From an uncultured Granulosicoccaceae bacterium (GTDB lineage: Bacteria; Pseudomonadota; Gammaproteobacteria; Granulosicoccales; Granulosicoccaceae): 64,000 nucleotides of DNA. The stretch is taken from contig CALGKA010000036.1 of the NCBI GenBank assembly GCA_937927895.1, positions 9,737-73,736 of the forward strand, written 5' to 3'. Below are positions 1 to 10,038 of the stretch, in pieces. A model generated the notes under the pieces. It was not told where the DNA came from and did not search any database. It worked only from the letters and a program-made list of their open reading frames with translations. Position numbers and translations under genes: made by a program. Numbering within the stretch: the first letter of the stretch is position 1; each line of letters opens with the position of its first letter.

Positions 1-987
1 CCTGTGGAAATAGAGCCCTATCAACACCAAAGGTTCGAATTAAATGTGTGGGATCACAAGGATGAAGCAAACTACTTTATTGAGTACGATAACGCTGAAA
101 ATAGAATAAAAGTGACCGTGAATCATATTAATAATGTGGTAGATGGAACGGAGTTCTACCTGGGTGATTATGGAACGATTAACGGCCAGCCATACAAAGA
201 ATACCTATGTACCGTTGTCGATGGCAGTGGTAAGTGCGTCGCACCACTGCTGCCTCAGTTTCCACTTTGTTTGGGTGATTCGGTGTGGAATGACGGCTGC
301 TTAGAAGCTCGAATTTCTAACGGTGAGGTATTCTTTACCTTGAATTCAGCCTTCACCGCGCCAGGTGTATTGCTTTTTGATGGCAATGTACTCTTAAATA
401 ACACCAACGCAGTCGCTACCATACTGGCGAGCGGAGACATAAGCACCGCCGGTGGCAACAAACTATGGGCGCCGAACTATGGATCTTATGAAAAAATTTG
501 TAACGCTGACGGTTCGCATTTGAATGGTGCAGTGCGTGCGCGCTATGAAGCAGAATTTTCTGTATATTATCCAAGCAATTTTTGCCCTCCGTCTACTAGC
601 GCTTATAAGCATTCTCAAGCTTATAAGCTTTCTCAAGCTTATAAGCTTTCTCAACTAGGCAATGTAGCAATGGCAGCTGGAGGCTTTCCCCCTTCAACGC
701 CCGATTACTATAAAGGTGGTGCAATTACTTTAGATGCAAACTCGGCAGTAGTGGGTGCGGTTTTGGCTGGTGATGTACTTACTACCAAAGGGGATGTCAC
801 CATAAACGGCTTGGTTTCATCGGGTGGGCAGGGTGATTCTAAACAAGGCAATTCATTATCTAGTCGAACAGTAATTGATTTCACCTCAGATCGAGGCGAC
901 TTTGATCCCACAAATGTACCTGGGACAACTCAGTCCCCGCTACCAGCAGTCTCACCTGTCACAGTGGTGTGGATGAGAAATCTCTAA
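1..987 (+). CDS. Hypothetical Cys-rich secreted/surface (pilus- or adhesin-like) protein, C-terminal part; 5' end lies outside the window
   Basis: Frame-1 ORF is open from base 1 to TAA at 985-987. No catalytic motif recognised. It has many Cys and Gly/Ala/Val-rich strand-like segments (AVVGAVLAGDVLTTKGDVTINGLVSSGG) and an in-frame AYK[HL]SQ x3 repeat. The product name is a guess. Confidence 0.55.
   Translation, partial: PVEIEPYQHQRFELNVWDHKDEANYFIEYDNAENRIKVTVNHINNVVDGTEFYLGDYGTINGQPYKEYLCTVVDGSGKCVAPLLPQFPLCLGDSVWNDGCLEARISNGEVFFTLNSAFTAPGVLLFDGNVLLNNTNAVATILASGDISTAGGNKLWAPNYGSYEKICNADGSHLNGAVRARYEAEFSVYYPSNFCPPSTSAYKHSQAYKLSQAYKLSQLGNVAMAAGGFPPSTPDYYKGGAITLDANSAVVGAVLAGDVLTTKGDVTINGLVSSGGQGDSKQGNSLSSRTVIDFTSDRGDFDPTNVPGTTQSPLPAVSPVTVVWMRNL
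601..654 (+). repeat. In-frame 18-bp tandem repeat x3 (gcttataagc[at]ttctcaa) encoding AYKHSQ-AYKLSQ-AYKLSQ
   Basis: Read directly: units at 601-618, 619-636 and 637-654. Units 2 and 3 are identical; unit 1 differs at one base. Confidence 0.95.
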
Positions 988-1064
988 AAAGCCAGGTTAG
1001 TTGCATTAATGGTCTACAATCGGGTCGCTCGATAATGGCGAAGTAGACGGAATCCTTAACGCGT

Positions 1065-1436
1065 ATGACGCAACAACCGAAGATTGGTCAGCATTTAATC
1101 GCAGATTTTTATGGTGCGAGTAACTTAGACAATATAGAGAATATTGAGCGTGCACTGCTTGATGCCGCAGCTGCTGTTAACGCCCAAGTATTGAATTCGC
1201 AGTTGCATAAGTTTGCTGGCGGTGGTGGAGTAACGGGTGTTGTGTTGTTGGCTGAATCACATTTGAGTATCCATACCTGGCCAGAGTATGGCTATGCGGC
1301 ATTCGATATATTTTTATGTGGTGATAATAACCCGCTACCGGTATTAGAAATCTTGCAACTCGTATTTACCCCGAGCCATGTCGAACAACAGGTGCTCGAG
1401 CGTGGTCGGCTTCAAGATCGATTGTTAGATCTTTAG
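1065..1436 (+). CDS. speD: S-adenosylmethionine decarboxylase proenzyme (small, pyruvoyl-dependent class)
   Basis: 123 aa. The motif VVLLAESHLSIHTWPEYGYAAFDIFLCG matches the self-processing E|S site and core of the small bacterial AdoMetDC family. Confidence 0.85.
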   Translation: MTQQPKIGQHLIADFYGASNLDNIENIERALLDAAAAVNAQVLNSQLHKFAGGGGVTGVVLLAESHLSIHTWPEYGYAAFDIFLCGDNNPLPVLEILQLVFTPSHVEQQVLERGRLQDRLLDL

Positions 1437-1513
1437 TGAAGTTTTAACGGCTTAAGCGTATTTTTGCCGGAAGGTCTGGTGCTTAAGCATTTTAGCTTGA
1501 GCGTATTAAGTAG

Positions 1514-1732
1514 TTACTGGATTTTTTTTATTTCATTAAGCGCCAACAGTAGATATTCCTCTGAGCTTATCTTGCCCTTGTAGCGTAAAACCATAAGGCG
1601 CTTTCTAAAGTCTGGTATCTCTGGAAGGTCGTTAAAAAGAATATGTCTTAGTTCTTTATCTGCGTTGTCTAGATCAACGGCATCTAGTTGGGGCTGGATA
1701 GATTTCAGCAACTGCTCGGTTAAATCGGTCAC
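1514..1732 (-). CDS. Small hypothetical protein (72 aa), charged and helical
   Basis: GTG-initiated ORF with protein-like composition, convergent with speD. No clear Shine-Dalgarno sequence and no recognisable family. Confidence 0.35.
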   Translation of the reverse strand: MTDLTEQLLKSIQPQLDAVDLDNADKELRHILFNDLPEIPDFRKRLMVLRYKGKISSEEYLLLALNEIKKIQ

Positions 1733-2142
1733 GGCTATTGACTTCGGTGCTCACACACACAGACACAGCTAGTTGAAATTCCTCTTTCCATTCTTGGTTG
1801 TTATTTTATTTTGGTTGTTGATAAGTATACAGACTACATCAGGGCGATAAAAGAGGAATCTTCTCAAGAATTAACCCTCTCGGGGGGCGGGCGCTCTATT
1901 ATTGCGAGGCTTGCTGGCTAGTTGGGCGCCACATTGGGTCTGGAATATGCGGCGCTAGCGTCTTATAGCGAGAGGCAGATAGTGGACCTAAGCTGCTCTG
2001 TTCACAATGCTCAGTCCTGTGGCAGGCAGTGGCAATGATGGCGAAACCAATTTTAAGATAATAGAAAACGGCGGTTACGACCAAACTGTAATTGCCGGCA
2101 CCTGATATATATAATCGCCACTCCTCTAACCGGACTGTACCT

Positions 2143-3021
2143 TTGGACAAAATAATTGACGGTAAAGCATTCGCGGCCAAGCTTCGAGCAGATGTGGCAG
2201 CCAAAGTTGCTACGCTAAAAAGCCAACACAATATCGTACCCGGGCTCGCAGTAGTGCTGGTGGGAGAAGACCCTGCCAGTCAAGTGTATGTCCGAAATAA
2301 AGGCAAGCAGACTGTTGAAACAGGTATGCAAAGCTTTGAGCATAAGCTGCCAGATACTACCACCCAAGATGAACTCATGGCGGTGATTGATAAACTCAAT
2401 GCCGATGACTCAGTCCACGGAATTCTGGTTCAACTACCGCTCCCAAAGCAAATTGAAGAATACGCTGTAATCAATCACATTAGCCCTGATAAAGATGTTG
2501 ACGGCTTCCATCTGAGCAATGTCGGGCGGTTAGCGATCGGCGAACCTGGCATTGTGCCGTGCACACCCTTGGGCTGCATCATGATGCTAAAAGATGCACT
2601 CGGTGATTTATCAGGGCTGCATGCGGTCGTGGTAGGGCGTTCGAATATTGTCGGTAAACCAATGGCTTCTTTACTGTTATCGGAAAACTGCACAGTTGAG
2701 ATCACGCACTCTAGAACAAAGAATCTACAAGAAGAATGCAAGCGTGCTGATATCTTGGTGGCAGCAGTTGGTCGACCAGAGATGATAAAAGGCGACTGGA
2801 TCAAACCCGGCGCCGCCGTGATAGATGTAGGTATTAATCGAATCGAAGGTGAAGCAGGCAAAACCCGGCTTGTGGGTGATGTCGAGTTTGCTTCAGCTGA
2901 AAAAGTAGCCGGTAAAATTACCCCGGTACCAGGTGGCGTTGGCCCGATGACCATAGCGTGTTTGCTGCATAATACGTTGCAACAAGCCTGTGTCATTAAT
3001 AATGTAGATATGCCTGCATAG
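2143..3021 (+). CDS. folD: Bifunctional methylenetetrahydrofolate dehydrogenase/methenyl-THF cyclohydrolase
   Basis: The ORF track starts at TTG 2092. The TTG at 2143 gives [10 protein letters not shown]..., matching the canonical FolD N-terminus (M..KIIDGK). The downstream GRSNIVGKP and PGGVGPMT motifs are present. Confidence 0.9.
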   Translation: MDKIIDGKAFAAKLRADVAAKVATLKSQHNIVPGLAVVLVGEDPASQVYVRNKGKQTVETGMQSFEHKLPDTTTQDELMAVIDKLNADDSVHGILVQLPLPKQIEEYAVINHISPDKDVDGFHLSNVGRLAIGEPGIVPCTPLGCIMMLKDALGDLSGLHAVVVGRSNIVGKPMASLLLSENCTVEITHSRTKNLQEECKRADILVAAVGRPEMIKGDWIKPGAAVIDVGINRIEGEAGKTRLVGDVEFASAEKVAGKITPVPGGVGPMTIACLLHNTLQQACVINNVDMPA

Positions 3022-3080
3022 CTTTACATTCAGAATTGGGGGCATGAAGTCCCTAATCTGTAAAGCGCATTCCCAAAACA

Positions 3081-3965
3081 CTAGTACCTTGCTGCAACTC
3101 CTTCAGGCGCCTTTTTAAAGCGCTTGTAGTTCCACATGTATTGACTGGGCGCTATATCAATACATTTTTCAACACACCTGTTAAGTGCTGCAGCGGCAAG
3201 CACTTCGTTGTCGTTGTATAGATCGTCGTCTGGTTTAAAATAGTGCACCCGATACCCTAGTCCTTTTGGCAGGCGTTCGACTGCGGTGAAAATTACCGGT
3301 GCTTTGGTGCGTTGCGCTAGGTTGGCCATAAAAGTCATGGTGTAAGCGGGTACTCCATACAGGGGTGCAAATACGCCATGCTCAGCTGCAGGTTCTTGAT
3401 CGGGCAGTATTGCTATCGCTTCACCTTTTTTTAATGCTCGCACCATACCTGCCAGGCCTCGGCTGGTTATTGGATAGCACTTGCCGCCGAACCGTTCCCG
3501 TGATGCAATCACAGGTTGGTCAAGATGCGATTTTCTATTCGGTCGATAAAGAAAATGTATTGGGGCTTCTAACGATAACAACAAACCAGCCAGCTCCCAT
3601 GCACCAAAATGTGGTGAGGCGATAATAACCCCTTTGCCTTGAGCTTTCGCGTCATCAAACAGTGCACGCCCAACTTCGTTAACCCGCAGTGATTCAATCT
3701 GTTGTTTATTCCAATGCCAGAACGGACCGAGCTCGGTAATATTTTTTCCGGTCTCGAGCAGATTGCGTTTTGTCAGCGCTTGACGCTCTGCGTTATCTAA
3801 CTGTGGAAAACAAAGCTCCAAATTGCGCTGTATTATTCGGCTGTTGCGATTTGGTAGTTTGTGGACCGCCCAGCCGATCGCGGTACCGATAGCGTGGTTT
3901 GCACGCAGAGGCAGCATTGACAGAGAGCGCAAAAGAATTTTTGCCAGGCGAGGGCTATTGTTCAA
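3081..3965 (-). CDS. lpxL: Lipid A biosynthesis lauroyl/myristoyl acyltransferase (LpxL/HtrB family)
   Basis: 294 aa with LPLAT/HtrB-like features: an N-terminal anchor, a PHFGAWE (HX4E-type) motif and a YMWNYKRFK tail. Confidence 0.8.
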   Translation of the reverse strand: MNNSPRLAKILLRSLSMLPLRANHAIGTAIGWAVHKLPNRNSRIIQRNLELCFPQLDNAERQALTKRNLLETGKNITELGPFWHWNKQQIESLRVNEVGRALFDDAKAQGKGVIIASPHFGAWELAGLLLSLEAPIHFLYRPNRKSHLDQPVIASRERFGGKCYPITSRGLAGMVRALKKGEAIAILPDQEPAAEHGVFAPLYGVPAYTMTFMANLAQRTKAPVIFTAVERLPKGLGYRVHYFKPDDDLYNDNEVLAAAALNRCVEKCIDIAPSQYMWNYKRFKKAPEGVAARY

Positions 3966-4124
3966 TGTAGGGGTGCGGAAAGATTTGATCAGATTCTCTG
4001 GAACCCTGCAGTGCCTGGCCAGTTACAATACAGCCAGTTCATCTCGTTCTCGAGACTATTTTAGCTTCGTTTCTTTTTATCAGATCAGTTTTAAGGGTGG
4101 GAAATCCCCACAAAGAGTAAGGCA

Positions 4125-4577
4125 TTGATTGGACTATTGCAGCGTGTGACTCAGTCACGGGTCACGGTTGATAATCAGGAAATCGCCAGTATTGGTGCTG
4201 GTTTGATGGTTTTAGTGGCGGTGGAATCTGCAGATACAGAAACGACTGCTGCGGCGTTGTTGCGAAAAATCACCCAATATCGGGTGTTTTCAGACGGTAA
4301 CGGCAAAATGAATTTGAGCCTGCTTGATACCGGCGGTGATCTATTACTAGTGCCACAGTTCACACTCGTGGCTGATACCGGTCGCGGTTTGCGGCCCAGT
4401 TTCAGTAAAGGCGCATCGCCTACCGATGGACGCCGACTGTTTGATACACTGGTGAGTCTGGCAAAAAACATAGACTGTAAAGTCGCCACCGGCCAGTTTG
4501 GCGCAGATATGCAAGTGGAGTTGGTCAATGACGGGCCGGTGACTTTTTGGTTGCACGAAAAGCCGGCGGCAAGCTAA
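4125..4577 (+). CDS. dtd: D-aminoacyl-tRNA deacylase
   Basis: 150 aa with a TTG start. MIGLLQRV...VSQFTL-type (VPQFTLVADT) and NDGPVTFWL motifs are typical of Dtd. Confidence 0.9.
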   Translation: MIGLLQRVTQSRVTVDNQEIASIGAGLMVLVAVESADTETTAAALLRKITQYRVFSDGNGKMNLSLLDTGGDLLLVPQFTLVADTGRGLRPSFSKGASPTDGRRLFDTLVSLAKNIDCKVATGQFGADMQVELVNDGPVTFWLHEKPAAS

Positions 4578-4616
4578 TTTGGCCATTCTTAAAATAAACA
4601 ATCGTTCACCTGTTTA

Positions 4617-5219
4617 GTGAAAAAAATGACCCAGCGCGCAGCAACAATTTCTCGTAATACCAACGAAACTAAGATCAAGGTGGAGTTAAACCTTGACGGC
4701 GGTGGCGTGGCAAGCTTCAAAACCGGAGTGCCATTTTTAGAACACATGCTTGATCAACTGGCACGTCATGGCATGCTGGATCTAAGCGTCGATTGCGATG
4801 GAGATACGCACATTGATGATCACCACTCAGTTGAAGATATCGGCATTGTTATCGGTCAAGCGTTCGCTGAAGCTTTAGGTAACAAAGCAGGGATTCACCG
4901 CTATGGCCACGCCTATGTCCCGTTAGATGAGGCATTGTCCAGGGTTGTGATTGATTTTTCAGGCCGCCCGGGTTTGTATTTTAATTGTGAGTTTAAGCGT
5001 GATCGGGTGGGTACATTTGATCTAGAGCTGTGCTCTGAATTTTTCCACGGTTTTGTTAATCACGCCCAGGCAACACTGCATATAGATAATATTAAGGGTG
5101 ATAACGAACACCATAAGATTGAAACAATCTTTAAAGCATTTGGGCGCGCCATACGAATGGCTGTTCAAACGGATAGTCTTCTGCAAGGTAAGCCTGCCTC
5201 TACTAAGGGAGTCTTGTAG
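4617..5219 (+). CDS. hisB: Imidazoleglycerol-phosphate dehydratase
   Basis: [16 protein letters not shown] and [11 protein letters not shown] motifs. The alternative ATG at 4626 is possible. Confidence 0.93.
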   Translation: MKKMTQRAATISRNTNETKIKVELNLDGGGVASFKTGVPFLEHMLDQLARHGMLDLSVDCDGDTHIDDHHSVEDIGIVIGQAFAEALGNKAGIHRYGHAYVPLDEALSRVVIDFSGRPGLYFNCEFKRDRVGTFDLELCSEFFHGFVNHAQATLHIDNIKGDNEHHKIETIFKAFGRAIRMAVQTDSLLQGKPASTKGVL

Positions 5220-5222
5220 TTA

Positions 5223-5852
5223 ATGGCAACTATTGCTGTGGTTGACTACGGTATGGGTAACCTGCGATCTGTAGCGAAAGCGGTAGAGCATGTTGCACCG
5301 CGTGCTCGAACGATTGTTACCTCGTCCGCGACCGATATTGCCAGTGCAGACAAAATTGTTTTTCCGGGTCAGGGCGCGGCACGTGATTGCATGGCGCATT
5401 TGCGTGACTACAAACTAGTTGAAGCGGTAGGGACTGCTTTTAACAACAAGCCATTTTTTGGTATCTGTATGGGGCTTCAAGTGTTGTTTGAATCTAGTGA
5501 TGAAAATAATGGTGTTGAGTGTTTGTCTTATGTGCGAGGTAAATCTACAAAGTTTACTCGTGATACTAATCAGCCAGCCTGCAAAATACCGCATATGGGT
5601 TGGAACGAAGTGGCGCAGCAAAAAGACCATGCGTTGTGGAATAAAATAACGGATCTGTCGCGCTTTTATTTTGTACACAGTTATTATGTACAAGCTGACG
5701 ATCAAAGTATTGTTAGTGGCTCTACAGAATACCTGGGTAAATTTTGCAGTGCGATTGCTTACGATAATATTTTCGCTACGCAGTTTCACCCGGAAAAAAG
5801 TGCAGCTAACGGATTGCAGCTACTGGAAAATTTCAGTCAATGGCAGCCTTAA
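5223..5852 (+). CDS. hisH: Imidazole glycerol phosphate synthase, glutamine amidotransferase subunit
   Basis: IAVVDYGMGNLRSV, GICMGLQ and FATQFHPEKS motifs (class I GATase triad). Confidence 0.93.
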   Translation: MATIAVVDYGMGNLRSVAKAVEHVAPRARTIVTSSATDIASADKIVFPGQGAARDCMAHLRDYKLVEAVGTAFNNKPFFGICMGLQVLFESSDENNGVECLSYVRGKSTKFTRDTNQPACKIPHMGWNEVAQQKDHALWNKITDLSRFYFVHSYYVQADDQSIVSGSTEYLGKFCSAIAYDNIFATQFHPEKSAANGLQLLENFSQWQP

Positions 5853-5932
5853 CGATTATTCGTAAGACTCGCTGTCACTGGTTGTTTAATTATCATTTAC
5901 CTGATTTCTCGAAAATTTAAGATAAACACATC

Positions 5933-6667
5933 ATGCAAATTATTCCCGCCATCGATTTAAAAGACGGTCAATGTGTAAGACTCAAGCAAGGTCGTATGGA
6001 AGACGATACGGTTTTCTCTGATGATGTCGTCGCCACAGCCACGCGTTGGGTCGACGCAGGCACAGACCGATTGCACATTGTTGATTTAGACGGAGCGTTT
6101 GCCGGTGAGCCGCGCAATGGTGCTGCTATTAAGCAGGTATGTCAGGCGCACCCTAACTTACAAGTTCAAGTTGGTGGTGGCATTCGTGATGATGAAACAG
6201 CCGCTCATTATCTGGAGTCTGGTGTGCGCTGGGTGATTATAGGAACACAAGCGGTGCGTGAGCCTGCTTTTGTCGAACGGCTCTGCAAAGCATGGCCTGG
6301 TCAAATTATTGTTGGCCTTGATGCACGTGATGGAAAAGTCGCATTAAGCGGTTGGGCGGAAGAATCAAACAGCGATGCCGTAGAACTTGCAAAATCTTTT
6401 GAAGGTATCGGTGTCAGCGGAATTGTTTATACCGATATCGAACGAGACGGCATGATGCAGGGTTTTAATTCACCTGCAACATCGGCACTTGCTGAGCAGA
6501 TCAATATTCCTGTTTTCGCATCGGGAGGTGTTAACTCCTATGAAGATATCGATCGACTGTGCCAAATAGAAAAGCATGGAGTGGCGGGGGCTATAGTAGG
6601 GCGTGCACTGTATGAAGGAACTATGGAGCTTGCAGTGGCGCAGCAGCGTGCGAATGCTAATGGATAA
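5933..6667 (+). CDS. hisA: 1-(5-phosphoribosyl)-5-[(5-phosphoribosylamino)methylideneamino]imidazole-4-carboxamide isomerase
   Basis: MQIIPAIDLKDGQCVRL...VGGGIR...GRALYEG is canonical HisA. Confidence 0.93.
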   Translation: MQIIPAIDLKDGQCVRLKQGRMEDDTVFSDDVVATATRWVDAGTDRLHIVDLDGAFAGEPRNGAAIKQVCQAHPNLQVQVGGGIRDDETAAHYLESGVRWVIIGTQAVREPAFVERLCKAWPGQIIVGLDARDGKVALSGWAEESNSDAVELAKSFEGIGVSGIVYTDIERDGMMQGFNSPATSALAEQINIPVFASGGVNSYEDIDRLCQIEKHGVAGAIVGRALYEGTMELAVAQQRANANG

Positions 6668-6694
6668 TCTAGAAAAGTCGTTGGTGATATAAAA

Positions 6695-7468
6695 ATGGGT
6701 TTGGCTAAACGCGTTATACCTTGCCTGGATGTCGATGCGGGCAGAGTAGTAAAGGGTATTAACTTTGTTGATATCGTTGATGCTGGTGATCCAGTTGAAG
6801 CGGCACGTCGCTACGGTGATGCTGGTGCTGATGAGCTAACCTTTCTAGATATCACTGCGAGTGTTGATAATCGCGACACTATTTTTGATGTGGTAGAGCA
6901 AGTAGCGTCACAAGTTTTTATACCGCTAACGGTGGGTGGTGGTATTCGTGCGGTATCTGATATTCGCAAGTTGTTAAATGCCGGCGCTGATAAAGTCAGT
7001 ATTAACACCGCAGCTGTGCATAACCCGGAGCTGGTTCGTGAAGCGGCTGATCATGTGGGCAGTCAATGTATTGTGGTCGCGATTGATGCCAAAGGCGTGC
7101 ATGCTGAAGGTGAAACGCCGCGGTGGGAGATTTTCACCCATGGTGGTCGTAAAAGTACTGGCCTTGATGCTGTTGAGTGGGCCATGAAAATGACAGAACT
7201 GGGTGCGGGTGAACTGCTGGTCACGAGCATGGATCGCGATGGCACTAAATCAGGTTTTAATTTACCTTTAACGCGCGCGATCTCTGATGCTGTTGCGGTG
7301 CCAGTGATTGCCTCTGGCGGTGTTGGTAATCTTGATCATCTATGTGAGGGTGTATTGCAGGGCGGAGCCGATGCAGTTCTTGCAGCAAGCATTTTTCACT
7401 TTGGAGAATACACCGTGACCGAAGCCAAGCAGGCAATGCGCGCAGCTGGAATAGAGGTGAGACTGTGA
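6695..7468 (+). CDS. hisF: Imidazole glycerol phosphate synthase, cyclase subunit
   Basis: [10 protein letters not shown]...[13 protein letters not shown]...VGGGIR...ASGG is canonical HisF. Confidence 0.95.
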   Translation: MGLAKRVIPCLDVDAGRVVKGINFVDIVDAGDPVEAARRYGDAGADELTFLDITASVDNRDTIFDVVEQVASQVFIPLTVGGGIRAVSDIRKLLNAGADKVSINTAAVHNPELVREAADHVGSQCIVVAIDAKGVHAEGETPRWEIFTHGGRKSTGLDAVEWAMKMTELGAGELLVTSMDRDGTKSGFNLPLTRAISDAVAVPVIASGGVGNLDHLCEGVLQGGADAVLAASIFHFGEYTVTEAKQAMRAAGIEVRL

Positions 7469-7875
7469 ATGATATTAATACTGAATGGATGGACTCATTA
7501 AAATGGAACGATCAGGGGTTGCTCCCGGCGATTGCCCAGGACATCGAATCCAATGAAGTGCTAATGATGGCCTGGATGAATCGCGAGGCGTTAATGCTGA
7601 CAGCTGAAACCAACCAGGCGGTCTATTGGTCTCGATCCCGTGGGAAATTATGGCGCAAGGGCGAATCGTCTGGTCATACTCAGGTTGTGGCTGATATTCG
7701 CACTGACTGTGACGCTGATGTCGTTTTATTGAAAGTTGAGCAAAAGGGCGGAATTGCATGTCATACGGGTAGATTTAGCTGCTTTTACCAGAAGTTGCGC
7801 GATTTTTCATGGGTAGAGTCTGAACCTGTTCTAAAAGATCCAGGCAAAATCTACCACAGCAAAGAAACATCTTGA
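7465..7875 (+). CDS. hisI: Phosphoribosyl-AMP cyclohydrolase
   Basis: GLLPAIAQD...[17 protein letters not shown]...[17 protein letters not shown] motifs. The start overlaps the hisF stop (GTGA). Confidence 0.92.
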   Translation: MNDINTEWMDSLKWNDQGLLPAIAQDIESNEVLMMAWMNREALMLTAETNQAVYWSRSRGKLWRKGESSGHTQVVADIRTDCDADVVLLKVEQKGGIACHTGRFSCFYQKLRDFSWVESEPVLKDPGKIYHSKETS

Positions 7876-7888
7876 GGTCTCCTGTAAA

Positions 7889-8209
7889 ATGAGCGATCAA
7901 ATTCTTAAAGATCTGGCGGCCGAGCTTGAAAGCCGAAAGTCAGCGAAAGCGTCAGATTCTTATGTCGCGAGCTTGTATAAGGGGGGAACCGACGCCATCC
8001 TTAAAAAGGTGGGTGAAGAAGCCACAGAAACTATAATTGCCGTAAAATCGGGCGATCGTGATGATATCGTGCATGAAACGGCAGATCTTTGGTTTCACAC
8101 ACTCGTTATGTTGGCGCAACAAGATCTGGGCCCTGAAGATGTGTTGCAAGAATTGCAGCGCCGCTTTGGTCAGTCCGGTCACGATGAGAAAGCGTCGCGT
8201 AAGACTTAA
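7889..8209 (+). CDS. hisE: Phosphoribosyl-ATP pyrophosphatase
   Basis: [21 protein letters not shown]...[13 protein letters not shown] is canonical HisE. Confidence 0.92.
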   Translation: MSDQILKDLAAELESRKSAKASDSYVASLYKGGTDAILKKVGEEATETIIAVKSGDRDDIVHETADLWFHTLVMLAQQDLGPEDVLQELQRRFGQSGHDEKASRKT

Positions 8210-8288
8210 ATTGATAGCTTAGGTTTACAAAGAACCTAAGTTCACTAATAAATGCTGTACTAATAATTTTATATAAGAGGCCAACATT

Positions 8289-8504
8289 ATGATGCCAAGT
8301 ATTCCCCAGCTGTTAATTGTACTGGTAATAGTTGTTTTGCTTTTCGGAGCCAAGCGTCTGCGAAATCTCGGTGGAGATCTCGGTACGGCTGTTAAAGGCT
8401 TTAAAGATGCAACTAAATCGGACGACGACACTGCAGCAAATCAAATTGAAAACACTGCTGAACGCGTTGCTGATGAAGTAGAAAAAGAAAAGAAAGAAGT
8501 GTAA
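8289..8504 (+). CDS. tatA: Twin-arginine translocase subunit TatA
   Basis: 71 aa: a TM helix followed by [23 protein letters not shown]. Confidence 0.92.
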   Translation: MMPSIPQLLIVLVIVVLLFGAKRLRNLGGDLGTAVKGFKDATKSDDDTAANQIENTAERVADEVEKEKKEV

Positions 8505-8575
8505 GAGCCCACTATGCATTTGTGCTTCTTTAACTTGCCTGGTGTGCGTTCTCTTGCGCGTAGGAGTCGCTGACC

Positions 8576-9052
8576 ATGTTTGACATGGGTTTTCAGGAAA
8601 TTGTACTGATAGCGATCATCGCGCTCATCGTGATTGGGCCTGAGCGGCTACCGGCGGTGGCAAGAAACGTTGGCAGATGGGTCGGTAAGACGCAGCGCTT
8701 CGTCGCGGGCGTTAAATCTGATATTGCTAACGAACTGCAAACTGATGAACTGCGCAGCATGTTAAGTAGCCAGGAAGATCAAATCCGGGAGCTCAAAGAT
8801 ATGGTCAAAGAGACCAAGTCTGATCTTGAGCGCACTGCTAAACAAGCGCAGGACTCTGTCAGTGAAGGGATGGACAATGCCGTAGAGCAAGTGAAAGATG
8901 CTGCAGAGGTTGCGCGTGATAACAACGCTAAGATGCAAGAGATAGCGCGATCAGCGGGCTACAGTACTTACGACGACCCAGAGCAATCGAAAGCTCCCAA
9001 TACTAATCACGATAATGATTCTTCAGATCAAGACTCCAGTCAGTCTGCGTGA
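8576..9052 (+). CDS. tatB: Twin-arginine translocase subunit TatB
   Basis: MFDMGFQEIVLIAIIALIVIGPERLP is the TatB N-terminus, followed by an acidic tail. Confidence 0.9.
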   Translation: MFDMGFQEIVLIAIIALIVIGPERLPAVARNVGRWVGKTQRFVAGVKSDIANELQTDELRSMLSSQEDQIRELKDMVKETKSDLERTAKQAQDSVSEGMDNAVEQVKDAAEVARDNNAKMQEIARSAGYSTYDDPEQSKAPNTNHDNDSSDQDSSQSA

Positions 9053-9074
9053 ATAAAACAGAGTCTCAATCAAG

Positions 9075-9926
9075 GTGAGTGAAAAGATAAAAGAAGGCGG
9101 CGAAGGCGCTGAAATGGGGCTGTTGTCGCATTTAGTGGAACTGCGTGATCGTCTATTACGCATGCTACTGGCGGTCGGTATTTTCTTTTTATGTTTATTT
9201 CCGTTCAGAGATAAAGTCTGGAGTGCACTTGCAGAGCCGCTAACGCGACACGCAGGCACGATGCAAGCGATAGATGTTGCAGCGCCTTTTTTGATCCCTT
9301 TTAAAGTGTGTTTGTTGTTGTCGGTGGTGTTGGCAGCACCGGTATTGTTATACCAGGTCTGGGCGTTTGTAGCGCCTGGTTTATATAAACATGAAAAGCG
9401 TTTGGTATCGCCGTTATTGATCTCAAGCACATTGCTGTTTTATTTTGGAATGGCATTCGCCTACTTTGTAGTCTTTCCTTTGGTCTTCGGGTTTTTTAAT
9501 AGTGTTGCACCTGAAGGTGTTGAAGTAGTGCCGGATATCGGGCGTTACCTCGATTTCATCATGACTATATTTCTGGCCTTTGGCGTCGCGTTTGAAGTGC
9601 CTGTAGCGGTTATCTTAATGGTGTCCATTGGCGTCACGACACCTGAAAAGCTGGCAAAACAAAGGCCTTACTTTATTGTCGGTGCGTTTATTGTCGGCAT
9701 GTTTTTAACCCCGCCCGATATTATCTCGCAAACGCTATTAGCGCTGCCAATGTGGCTGCTTTTTGAAGCTGGAATTTTCTTTTCGCGTGGCTTTTTAAAG
9801 CGCAAAGAAGAATTTGTAAAAGCGGCATCTGATGATGACGATGGCAGCAACTTGAGCCCTGCAGATGAAGCACTGGCTGATGAAATAAACCACAGTGCGG
9901 CAACTGACACAGACAGCAAAAGCTGA
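9075..9926 (+). CDS. tatC: Twin-arginine translocase subunit TatC
   Basis: HLVELRDRLL motif and six predicted TM segments; position follows tatAB. Confidence 0.92.
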   Translation: MSEKIKEGGEGAEMGLLSHLVELRDRLLRMLLAVGIFFLCLFPFRDKVWSALAEPLTRHAGTMQAIDVAAPFLIPFKVCLLLSVVLAAPVLLYQVWAFVAPGLYKHEKRLVSPLLISSTLLFYFGMAFAYFVVFPLVFGFFNSVAPEGVEVVPDIGRYLDFIMTIFLAFGVAFEVPVAVILMVSIGVTTPEKLAKQRPYFIVGAFIVGMFLTPPDIISQTLLALPMWLLFEAGIFFSRGFLKRKEEFVKAASDDDDGSNLSPADEALADEINHSAATDTDSKS

Positions 9927-10038
9927 GTTAAAATACCAGAGCACTTTGTAGTTAAGCCTTGGCCTGCCAAATGAACGCAGGCTTAGCCTTTGCTTAAGCA
10001 TCAACCATTGACCTTCATTTCATAAGCGGTTGCTCCAA

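Noticed and set aside
1860-2142. ZTP or THF riboswitch upstream of folD
   Set aside because: The conserved ZTP elements (GACUGGCG, CCGCCUGGGC) and THF motifs were not recognisable by eye. This needs a covariance-model scan to be certain.
2475-2996. Long antisense or out-of-frame ORFs inside well-supported genes (e.g. 2475-2996 in folD, 17261-17776 in nrdJa, 19074-19511 in mgtE, 30545-30961 in kdsD, 48644-49192 in the lipoprotein gene, 38459-38830 opposite petA)
   Set aside because: Each is fully embedded in a gene with strong family motifs on the other frame or strand. They are typical shadow ORFs.
4578-4616. Histidine attenuator or leader peptide upstream of hisB or hisG
   Set aside because: The spacers are too short (39 nt before hisB, 3 nt between murA and hisG), and no His-codon run is present.
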